DNA of 64,000 nt from an uncultured Lachnospiraceae bacterium. GTDB lineage: Bacteria > Bacillota > Clostridia > Christensenellales > UBA1242. Under the pieces are notes generated by a model. The model was not told the origin of the DNA and ran no database searches. It saw nothing but the letters and a program-made list of their open reading frames with translations. Where the stretch lies: NCBI GenBank assembly GCA_964600435.1, contig CAZRJB010000001.1, positions 80,836-144,835 on the forward strand, written 5' to 3'. The translations under genes and the position numbers were made by a program. Shown here piece after piece: positions 58,201 to 64,000 of this stretch (its first letter is position 1; the number at the start of each line of letters is the position of its first letter).

Positions 58201-58755
58201 TGTGAAAAACTTACAACAATCACTTTTGGTTCAAACTTTAAAACAACAAAAGTTATAACCATGGCGGGCATGTTTAACAATTGTTATTTGTTGTCATCAA
58301 TCAATCTTTCAACATTTACGTCAGAAAATTTAACAATAATGAGTCACATGTTCCAAAATAACAGGTCATTAACATCAATATCATTCCCAACAGCATTTAC
58401 TGCAACAAAAGTGACAACTTTGTGGTCTACTTTTAATGGTTGCATAGGTCTTAAAACAATTAATGTAAGCAGTTTTAACACAGCAAATGTAAACAGCATG
58501 ACAGAAACATTCAATGGTTGTTCATCACTCACAAGTTTAGATTTAAGCAACTTCAACATGACAAAAGTAGATACTTCAAACATGAATAACATGCTTAACT
58601 TTGGTTCAAGCAATCAAATCACTCAATTAAAAACACCATATAACAACAAAGCAGCAATTTCAATCACAACTGGCAGCACTTTAAAATATAACGGTTCAAC
58701 GGTAACATCTGTTCCTGCAAACATAACTGCAAGCAGAACATACACAGCGGCTTAA
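52231..58755 (+). CDS. Giant (2174 aa) surface protein built from 26-residue repeats (DUF285 / BspA-like LRR type) in six super-modules
   Basis: RBS AGGGAGGAG (52216-52224) precedes the ATG at 52231. The signal/anchor is MRKKTKTMLLTIIAFCLCIACISFGVYA. Dozens of repeats of the type FNTSKVTDMSYMFxNCSxLTSLDLSN are present. The ORF-track start at 52084 is rejected. Confidence 0.9.
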   Translation: MRKKTKTMLLTIIAFCLCIACISFGVYAVQSASLKINTNIGYNMHEPIVNISGTIDNGSSSTTSQSFSRSVRCIEGVSTTETIFSFNSLSFVQSGSTFSDMEFSLQLENLDTTNDMSMQIELVSTLPTGVSVSTNSTYVQIPYEDGYLVKGSSSTLKFGFSSTAATTLTNFSIKFKFSPASELQSKTFPTGWKDEIATTSSTASLSAFALSASTLNQTSTLSMTTALSANSLTSIMFEKSAPAGYTKIGELSTGIRVYQSTTTSTDIAFVWGGDILAPEDCTRLFGNWFSYMNSFPALSKISFKNFNTANVTNMFMMFQGSSNITSLEYLTNFNTTSVQDMGYMFANLKMITSLDLSSFDMSNVTETGSMLNFYDDNPAITELKTPRITKSEIKILKAVLYYNNEKQTSVPAGLTQSITYTNQVPAAATFPTDWKTHLSNGTYMGLVFIPSEYEKNSSNLTKISFEKSAPTGYTKIGKLRNSISVYQNNTTSTDIAFVWGGTINAPENCSALFASLSSVTTFEFNNFDTTNTTNMSSMFNGCTALTSLDLSSFNMANVGNSTYMMLDFDCNNLQEFKTPYNNSYEITIDSNALYYNNELVTSVPAGLTQSITYTNVAPASLSFPTNWKTEMQDGYSYMGTVYYPTDKVIAYNTLTSIMFEKSAPAGYTKIGELSTGIRVYQSTTKLTDIAFVWGGDILAPEDCTQIFGTDNNNQTALTSITFNNFNTENVKKMNGMFNKAISLQTLDLTKFSTTNLTNMRTMFQNCRSLTSITFGSSFNTEKVTDMTGLFYYCEKLNALDITNFNTANVTNMSYMFNYCSVLKSLDLSNFNTAKVTDMSFMFNNCKELTSLNLSSFNTSLVENMKSMFQVCEKLSSITFGSNFNTATVSDMSFMFTFCSGLTSLDVSNFNTSNVENMEHMFKQCSSLNTLNVSSFNTSKVTSMDAMFLSCSSLTELSLTNFVTTSLQSDCPSMFYNCSGLKKLDLSSFDFSNITNHLGSDSMLNFGPSSQIEELKTPYGSTVALTITTGNTLYNSDTGLSITSVPANTTASLTYVNVAPATFDDTWKTQVASTDYMTTVITPSNITSIAFEKTAPTGYSQIGTLSSGIKVYQNTSNTNQITFVHANIIYAPQNSSYLFQNLSSLTNITFNNFKTNNVQQMNYMFASCYNLVNLDLGNFNTSNVQEMNYMLYGCSNLVSVDVSSFDTSSVTSIYAMFYYDSSITTLDLSNFNLTSVTSADGFSNMLYFGSSNHITQLKTPYNNKYSITITTGSTLYNDNEIVKKVLTNTTSSLTYTNTAPTTKTFDSNWKQQIASSAYMSTTLSTTEINIINFLDYVDYDYWNRIGTLNSGIHVYKYNNNSFVQIGFVWGSTIYAPTSCYELFKDLTGLSGIGFSNFNTSNTNNMYRLFMGCTSLTRINDLTNFNTANVTNMEAMFTNCQALTSVNVSSFNTEKVTDMAYMFQHCYELTSISFGSNFKTGNVTRMVEMFRNCKKITSLNLSTFNTANVTTMVGMFQGCLELVSVNVSSFNTKKVQNMNAMFAQCSKLEAADLSSFETPLCTDMAGMFNDCTNLESVNLSNFSNEKLTTIGWMFGRCTNLTNVNLTAFKTDNVTNLSNMFYLASGITNLDLSGFNLAKATNVSEMLNFDSSSQIKELKTPYGNTIAISITTGSTLYNAETGSVVTSIPANTKASLTYTNVAPANFTSNWKSQVASTSYMTTTVTPTNLTSIKFEKTAPSGYTQIGTISNNIKVYKSTSSSTSIAFVHSGTILAPTDCNHAFSGLTNITSIAFNNFSTANTTIMNDMFYNNTKLTSITFNPYFKTTKVTTMAGMFNNCNLLPSINLSTFSSEALTKCSHMFIDCNSLTSLSFSSAFTIEKVQEMQAMFENCSSLQTITHSFKTTLATNMSYMFKNCSALTSLSVSSFNTSKVTDMAYMFYNCSKLTSLSLSNFNTSIVTDMNHMFNFCSKLTSINLSSFNTSNVTAMNDMFTACEKLTTITFGSNFKTTKVITMAGMFNNCYLLSSINLSTFTSENLTIMSHMFQNNRSLTSISFPTAFTATKVTTLWSTFNGCIGLKTINVSSFNTANVNSMTETFNGCSSLTSLDLSNFNMTKVDTSNMNNMLNFGSSNQITQLKTPYNNKAAISITTGSTLKYNGSTVTSVPANITASRTYTAA
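52924..53076 (+). repeat. Intragenic 153-bp repeat, copy 1, containing G9 (53042-53050)
   Basis: 148/153 identical (hand alignment) to 54190-54342. The offset is 1266 bp, exactly 422 codons. Confidence 0.9.
54190..54342 (+). repeat. Intragenic 153-bp repeat, copy 2, containing G9 (54308-54316)
   Basis: See copy 1. A further exact 45-bp repeat pair lies at 53452-53496 and 54031-54075. Confidence 0.9.
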
Positions 58756-58819
58756 AACCTATATATGGCTGTGAAAAAAAGCTAATTTTATTCGCTTTAT
58801 AATTGCGTGTATAAATAAA

Positions 58820-58852
58820 ACACATTAAGCAAATTTTGCTTAATGTGTTTTT
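58820..58852 (+). terminator. Rho-independent terminator of the giant surface-protein gene
   Basis: ACACATTAAGC-aaatttt-GCTTAATGTGT followed by TTTT. Confidence 0.8.
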
Positions 58853-58889
58853 ATGTGGTTCAAAAAATGGCAAAGAAGTGCAGGTGGTC

Positions 58890-58925
58890 TAAAAAACAGG
58901 AGTTTGGCATAACCAAACTCCTGTT
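58890..58925 (-). terminator. Rho-independent terminator of the minus-strand small membrane protein gene
   Basis: AACAGGAGTTTGG / CCAAACTCCTGTT 13-bp stem, followed by T6 on the minus strand. Confidence 0.8.
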
Positions 58926-58945
58926 AAATTTTGTGCATATATGGG

Positions 58946-59212
58946 TTATCTAATAATCACAAACACAACAACCAAAACTGCGGCAATTGTGTATGCAACA
59001 TACCACCAAACATTGCGCTTTGATCTAACAAAAAAGAATGCAGAAATTGCAGTAATTGTGTAGGCAATGCTTTCACCAATCACTCTTAAAGCGCCCAAAA
59101 AGCTGCTGTCGGAACTTGCAAAAATTTTTTGCATGATAAGAACAACTGCAATAATTGTTAAACCAACAAAAGCGATAAAATTAATAACTTTTCCAAAATT
59201 GTTTTTTGCCAT
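58946..59212 (-). CDS. Small membrane protein, 88 aa, 3 TM, unknown function
   Basis: AAGGAG precedes the ATG at 59212. The sequence MAKNNFGKVINFIAFVGLTIIAVVLI... is hydrophobic. The ORF-track extension to 59263 is rejected. Confidence 0.65.
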   Translation of the reverse strand: MAKNNFGKVINFIAFVGLTIIAVVLIMQKIFASSDSSFLGALRVIGESIAYTITAISAFFFVRSKRNVWWYVAYTIAAVLVVVFVIIR

Positions 59213-59335
59213 AAAAATCTCCTTTATTTGTTTTTTTTGCCATACAAAAGTGCAAAAGGGCACATTTTGCTTTGCTTATGATAGTATATTACTATTAATT
59301 TTACAAAAATGTCAACAATTTCACAACTTTGCATA

Positions 59336-59364
59336 TTGACATGTAAAAATTTATATTGTATAAT
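59336..59364 (+). promoter_or_regulatory. Consensus extended -10 SigA promoter of the second GLUG gene
   Basis: TTGACA (59336-59341), 17-bp spacer, TGTATAAT (59357-59364). Confidence 0.75.
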
Positions 59365-59396
59365 ATTCGTATATTAAATCTTTAAGGAGTTGAAAA

Positions 59397-62285
59397 ATGA
59401 AAAAGTTTTTAATGTACGTAATTATCGTTGTAACTTGCTTGTTTTTAGGTTTTACAGTATATTATCTTACTCAAAACAATGAAAACATATTCATTACTGT
59501 TTCAAGAGAAGAAGCAATTTACAAAAACAAAGGTGAGTCTTTGTGGCTAGACAATATTTTAACTTGGACAAAACCATATAAAACAACAACAATCGCAATA
59601 AGTTCTGCAGATGAAACTGTTGTTAAATATGATGAAGAAACAAAAAGGTTTGACTGCATTGGTGGTGGTTTTACTTCAATAACAATCACTCCATCAAACG
59701 AATATTTTGGGCCTTTTGTTTTTGAAATTTATGTTGGTGATGGTTCAATTGCTAATCCATATGTTGTTGATAGTGCTGCAGATTTAGCATTAATTGGCAA
59801 TGATAACGAAAATGAATTTCTTTTAACAAAAAGTTATATTTTGGTTAAAGATATAGACTTAAAAGCCCACAACGAAGGGGTTTGGACACCACTTGGCAAA
59901 TTTGAAGGCAACTTTAATGGTAACGGCCATACAATTTACAATCTTAACATAACAAGTGGAACAGACGTTGGTTTGTTCTCAGAAATTGGAAATGATTCTT
60001 TGGTAGAAAACGTTAAATTTTCAAGTGCCAAAATTGATGGTTCCTTTGATAATGCTGGTGTTGTTGCTGGCGTAAACAAAGGAACAATTGGTAAAATTGA
60101 AGTCATTTCTTCAAAAATAACAAACACTTCCGAAACAGGAAAATCAGGTGCAATTGTCGGAACAAACATCTTAGACAAAACTCCTGCAATGATAAACATG
60201 TGCTCAGTTAACACAGAAATCATTTCAAACGGCATTGCTGGTGGCTTGGTAGGGGCTAACCGCTCAAGCATAATTTTAAATTCAAGTGTTTTTGTTAATT
60301 CATACGAATCTACTTCATCCACTGCAATGTTTGGTGGTTTGGCAGGTGTTAACAGTTCAACTTTAAGAAAAGAAACATTTAATGGCTCTCAAGAAGACAT
60401 CTATTATGCAAGTGCAATAAAAACATCTTTTGTTGTAATTGAAAAGGTTACTGGAGAATCTCCAATGGGTGCTGTTGTATGTGAAAACTTAGAAGATGAA
60501 TATGAAAGTCAAATGTTCTTTAACATATACAATGGATGCATATATGTTTACGAAGGTTCAAACACAATGCCTTCAGTTTTCAAAGGTAATGAAATAGAAA
60601 ACAAAGATAAAAACCTTGTTTCTAAATCATCAACTCAAATGTTGTCAGATGCAGCATACGAAGGTGAAAAAGTTGGAACAGAGTACACATTTAAATTCGA
60701 CTTTACAAATGCATGGTTAAAAAATGATAACAAAATCGCAAGTGTAAACTTTGAAGGAAGTTATGAAACTTACAAAATCAATGCAATAGGCAAAGAAATG
60801 AGAGCTTCTCAAGGCGTAGATTTCTTAGATTTCTTAAACGGAATCAGAAGCAATCCTTCTGCGGTTACTGCAACATATATAATTGACCAAAGCGGTGAAT
60901 TAGACTTAAGTCAAGGCTTTTCAACAACTCAATATTGGCAAACACTTGCTCCAATTCAAACAAATCCAATGCAAGCGTCAATCATTGTTTCAGAGGGTGT
61001 TAACTTTACAATCAAAAACTTTAAACTTAAAGATTCAAACTCAAGTTTCTTTGGTTATTTGTCAGGAAACACATTAATTGATGGTATAACTTTTGAAAAT
61101 GTAACAGTTGAATCTTGCACAGATTCAAATTCTGGTGTGGTTGCAACAGGCTTGTTAAATGGTGCAACATTGCAAAATGTTACAGTGAAAAACTTTGAAA
61201 GCATAAGAACAACTGCTCAAAACGTTGGAATCATTTGTGGACATAACTTAGGAACAATCAAAAACTGCAATGTTGTCAACGATGTTGAAAAAGAGTGCAT
61301 TGTTAAACTTTCAAAAAAATTGGTTAACTTTGGCTCAATTGTTGGAAACAACGAAGGTTTTGTTGACAATTGTAAAGTTTCAAATGTTCGCTTAGGTGTT
61401 GACACATCAGAAACTCAATCAGGCGACATCAACTTTGGTGGTGCTGTTGGAACAACAAAAGGAAACATTTCAAATTGTAAAGTAAACAGTTTTGTTTGCG
61501 AAACAGCAGCAACAGGTCACGTTTATGCAGGTGGTCTTGTTGGTTACACAGTTACTTCTTCTTGCAAAATCACATATTGTTATTCTTATGCAGACATTGC
61601 TCTTACAAAAACTTCAAATGGTAATGCATTCCTTGGTGGCTTGGTAGGGCATCTTGCTTCTGGAACATCATTAAAATATTCTTTCTACGATAAAAACAAT
61701 CTTCAAGCTTTCCAAGTTGGTGCAATTGCAAGCAATTGCGTTGAAGGAAGCACAATCTTCTCTTGTTATGCAGGCAATTGCACATTAACTGGCTTTAATG
61801 TTGGTGGTTTGGTTACAAAAGCAAACGGCAAAATTTCAGATTGCTACACATTTGCAACTTTAAAAGGTACAAAAAGCAGCGCTAACCTTTGCGGTATAAC
61901 TCAATTTGTTGGTTCAGATTGCGACATAAGAAACAACTTTATTGATGTAACCTTCACAGGTTCTGCTGACTATTATGCAGAATCTTGGTCAGAATTTAGA
62001 ACTCCAAAATATTGTAGAGACTTTAATAAATTGGCTGGAAAAATAACCATTTGGGGTCCTGTTGTAGATAACATAATAATTCACGAAAACAGTTCACATA
62101 TTCAAAAATCAAGCCCTATAACAGGCGCAACAAAAGGTTGGATAGATGTTACTCGTGCTCAATGCAATGGTACAAAAGGAAACTACGAAGTGTTTAAAGA
62201 ACACGGCTTTAGTGACACAACTTGGAAATTTGATAAAGAAGCAGGATATCCTACTTTAAGAGATGTTGCTGTTTACGAAGGCTAA
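59397..62285 (+). CDS. Large surface protein with GLUG-motif repeats and an N-terminal TM anchor (paralogue-type of 24058..26385)
   Basis: The anchor is FLMYVIIVVTCLFLGFTVYYL. The entry module is NPYVVDSAADLALIG ... DIDLKAHNEGVWTPLG ... FEGNFNGNGHTIYNL ... VGLFSE. Repeats include AGVVAGV, AGGLVGAN, FGGLAGVN, YAGGLVGY, LGGLVGH and VGGLVTK. Confidence 0.85.
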   Translation: MKKFLMYVIIVVTCLFLGFTVYYLTQNNENIFITVSREEAIYKNKGESLWLDNILTWTKPYKTTTIAISSADETVVKYDEETKRFDCIGGGFTSITITPSNEYFGPFVFEIYVGDGSIANPYVVDSAADLALIGNDNENEFLLTKSYILVKDIDLKAHNEGVWTPLGKFEGNFNGNGHTIYNLNITSGTDVGLFSEIGNDSLVENVKFSSAKIDGSFDNAGVVAGVNKGTIGKIEVISSKITNTSETGKSGAIVGTNILDKTPAMINMCSVNTEIISNGIAGGLVGANRSSIILNSSVFVNSYESTSSTAMFGGLAGVNSSTLRKETFNGSQEDIYYASAIKTSFVVIEKVTGESPMGAVVCENLEDEYESQMFFNIYNGCIYVYEGSNTMPSVFKGNEIENKDKNLVSKSSTQMLSDAAYEGEKVGTEYTFKFDFTNAWLKNDNKIASVNFEGSYETYKINAIGKEMRASQGVDFLDFLNGIRSNPSAVTATYIIDQSGELDLSQGFSTTQYWQTLAPIQTNPMQASIIVSEGVNFTIKNFKLKDSNSSFFGYLSGNTLIDGITFENVTVESCTDSNSGVVATGLLNGATLQNVTVKNFESIRTTAQNVGIICGHNLGTIKNCNVVNDVEKECIVKLSKKLVNFGSIVGNNEGFVDNCKVSNVRLGVDTSETQSGDINFGGAVGTTKGNISNCKVNSFVCETAATGHVYAGGLVGYTVTSSCKITYCYSYADIALTKTSNGNAFLGGLVGHLASGTSLKYSFYDKNNLQAFQVGAIASNCVEGSTIFSCYAGNCTLTGFNVGGLVTKANGKISDCYTFATLKGTKSSANLCGITQFVGSDCDIRNNFIDVTFTGSADYYAESWSEFRTPKYCRDFNKLAGKITIWGPVVDNIIIHENSSHIQKSSPITGATKGWIDVTRAQCNGTKGNYEVFKEHGFSDTTWKFDKEAGYPTLRDVAVYEG

Positions 62286-62304
62286 AATTCAATATATATA
62301 TAAC

Positions 62305-62340
62305 AAAAATTCTCACAACAAATCATGTGAGAATTTTTTG
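62305..62340 (+). terminator. Rho-independent terminator after the second GLUG gene
   Basis: ATTCTCACA-acaaatca-TGTGAGAAT followed by T6. Confidence 0.8.
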
Positions 62341-62400
62341 TTTTTATATTTAAGTTTTGCAAAAAAGTATAACCAGATTTAAACTTTAGTTTAGAGCGTT

Positions 62401-62643
62401 TTAGTCAATGTCAAAATTTTTATAATTAAATAACGGGTCGTCCAAAAATTCCAGCAGTGTCATGCCAAAACCATGTGCCAATTGCATTATTGTTTTTAGG
62501 GTAACGTTTTTGTTTCGCTCGTTCATTATACACATCATTGTTCCATGCAAAATTCCTGAATTTTGCTCCAATCTGTACAATGACATTTCTTTTTGATTTA
62601 ACAAATAACTAATTCTTAGCCCAACTGCTTTACAAATGTTCAT
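62401..62643 (-). CDS. Small XRE-family HTH regulator (80 aa)
   Basis: HTH_3 pattern LRISYLLNQKEMSLYRLEQNSGILHGTMMCIMN. Confidence 0.8.
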   Translation of the reverse strand: MNICKAVGLRISYLLNQKEMSLYRLEQNSGILHGTMMCIMNERNKNVTLKTIMQLAHGFGMTLLEFLDDPLFNYKNFDID

Positions 62644-63078
62644 AACTTCTCCAAATAGGTATATTTAACTATGTATTTAAACATACCTAAATTCTAACAA
62701 ATGCAATAACTATATTTATGTAGTCATACCTACATAATGATTTTGATTTTTTTTTAGTTTTATGTATAATTATATGTGTAGTTTTGCCTACACATGTTTT
62801 TTTATTCATATCCAAATAAAATGCAATCAAATTAAGTTTTCAGTTTTTGGTAATCGGGGCAAAACATGGTTGCCTGCAACTGATGTCTATTCAAACTGAG
62901 ATGCCGCTTTTTGTGGTTGTTGCATATTTCAACATAAAATTTGACTTTAATTGGTAACATTTTAACCTTAGTTTTAATTAATTTAAAAAATATTTGTAAA
63001 AATAGAACAAATGTTTGTATTTTATAAAAAAGTATGATATAATTAAAAATGTAAATAATTAAAAGGAAGGTTAATTGC

Positions 63079-63384
63079 ATGAAAGATTATTTAATTTTTG
63101 CTATATTTTTGTATTTAAACAAAAACAAGCGCACAACTGCAAGAGAAATTGCACAAGAATTTGAAATGGGGCAAAGGAGCGTATATAGATATATTGATGC
63201 TCTAAGCCTTTTAGGCATGCCAATTGTAACAAAAATTGGCAAGGGTGGCGGAATTGAAGTTTTGGGTGATTTTTGCATAGAAACAATGTCTCTTAGCAAA
63301 ATAGAAAAACAAACTTTGTTTGAGTTTCTTCAAAGAACAGATATTCCAGAAAAGGTTAGCAAAATTTTAACAAGACTAATATAG
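63079..63384 (+). CDS. Stand-alone YafY-type (HTH_11) DNA-binding domain, 101 aa, lacking the WYL/WCX domains
   Basis: TTAREIAQEFEMGQRSVYRYIDALSLLGMPIVTKIGKGGGIEVL matches the N-terminal wHTH of YafY/WYL regulators. AAGGAAGG RBS. Confidence 0.7.
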   Translation: MKDYLIFAIFLYLNKNKRTTAREIAQEFEMGQRSVYRYIDALSLLGMPIVTKIGKGGGIEVLGDFCIETMSLSKIEKQTLFEFLQRTDIPEKVSKILTRLI

Positions 63385-64000
63385 TTTTGCTAGTTTTTTA
63401 ACTGCTTTAACAAAGTTTTCACACTCTGTAAAAGTGTTATAAAACGAAAGAGAAATTCTAACAATTCCTTGCTCAACAGTGTTTAATTGCTTGTGTTTTA
63501 ACCCAGCACAATGAAGTCCCCCACGGACACAAATGCCATAAGTGTTGGATAAAACATCAGCAATTTCTGAACTGTCTGCATTGCCAATGTTAAAACCAAT
63601 AACTCCAAAATGCACGTTGTCTGCAAGCGTGTAGGTTTTTATATTTTCAATTCTAGAAAGTTCAAACAATAAATATGTTGCCAAGTCGTCAATTTTTTTG
63701 TTTATTCTTTCAAAATTGTCTTTAACAAACTTTAAACCAGCCCCAAGTGCATATATGTTTGGAGTTGCAAGTGTTCCACTCTCTAAACATTCAGGATATT
63801 CTTTTGGTTGATATAAATTAATAGATTCAGTTCCGGTTCCGCCAAATCGAATGGGCAACACGTTTGGTCTAATGCCAAAAGCAAAAATGCCAACCCCTTG
63901 AGGGGCATACAATGCTTTGTGTGGTGCAAGAGCAAGCATGTCCACATGGTCACGTTCCATATCAATTTTAACATGTCCCGCACTTTGAGCACAGTCCACC
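63376..64000 (-). CDS. Class V aminotransferase / cysteine desulfurase family protein, C-terminal about 208 codons (gene runs off the right edge)
   Basis: DCAQSAGHVKIDMERDHVDMLALAPHKALYAPQGVGIF contains the PLP-lysine block. RGGLHCA is the active-site Cys loop. Confidence 0.85.
   Translation of the reverse strand, partial: VDCAQSAGHVKIDMERDHVDMLALAPHKALYAPQGVGIFAFGIRPNVLPIRFGGTGTESINLYQPKEYPECLESGTLATPNIYALGAGLKFVKDNFERINKKIDDLATYLLFELSRIENIKTYTLADNVHFGVIGFNIGNADSSEIADVLSNTYGICVRGGLHCAGLKHKQLNTVEQGIVRISLSFYNTFTECENFVKAVKKLAKLY

Noticed and set aside
59300-59345. An invertible promoter (7-bp inverted repeat ATGTCAA / TTGACAT) upstream of the second GLUG gene; I looked for a similar arrangement at 51940-52110
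   Set aside because: The repeat is only 7 bp and is explained by two back-to-back divergent -35 boxes. No recombinase gene is nearby, and no longer inverted repeats flank either surface-gene promoter.
62832-63080. The 82-aa minus-strand ORF between the XRE and YafY-type genes
   Set aside because: It has no RBS and is an AT-rich low-complexity translation (FLLIIYIFNYIILFYKIQTF...). It overlaps the promoter region of the 63079 gene. The somewhat GC-richer patch at 62850-62930 may be a gene remnant, but I could not identify it.

Overview
The window is an AT-rich bacterial chromosome segment, about one-third G+C by eye (not computed). It uses the standard code: TGA is a stop at hrcA, and Trp is TGG. 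Gene content and order point to a Bacillota, Clostridia-like endospore-former lineage. Nearly everything is housekeeping on the + strand. In order: dinB (fragment), mtaD-like amidohydrolase, tex, a pseudouridine synthase, a SpoVB/MurJ-type flippase and dus. Then the CIRCE-controlled hrcA-grpE-dnaK-dnaJ operon, cdd, rpsU, tRNA-Gly(UCC), tRNA-Arg(UCU) and rfbB. Then an ABC exporter, mazEF, ddl, trxA, a lipase-type hydrolase, an OYE/FAD oxidoreductase, feoAB, der, plsY, a U32 peptidase and nrdR. Then two CPBP proteases, rlmH, tadA, yqfC-yqfD-ybeY-era-yqzL-recO (Bacillus-like synteny) and rpoB-rpoC. Three large N-terminally anchored surface proteins are interspersed: two GLUG-motif proteins and one 2174-aa protein built from 26-residue repeats. 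I found no rRNA, CRISPR, transposase, integrase or prophage genes. The most unusual signal is the giant surface-protein locus (52.0-58.8 kb). It has a consensus promoter and a ~170-nt leader holding a ~90% G+C island with C10 and C9 tracts and nested GC palindromes. It also has two in-frame G9 tracts inside 97%-identical 153-bp intragenic repeats. These are the only long G/C homopolymers I could find in 64 kb, which suggests a multi-switch phase-variable (contingency) locus. Other items worth a second look:
- A decayed array of terminator-plus-TTTGGCATAT modules at 26.4-27.1 kb.
- A 27-codon leader ORF plus terminator upstream of the ABC exporter.
- An 88-nt four-way-junction fold closing the ddl 3' end.
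- A 26-codon cationic Cys-containing micro-ORF upstream of rpsU.
- A GT8 / PlsC-like / CrtO-like operon with no carotenoid genes.

All calls come from reading the sequence and the ORF track. No database search or folding computation was run.
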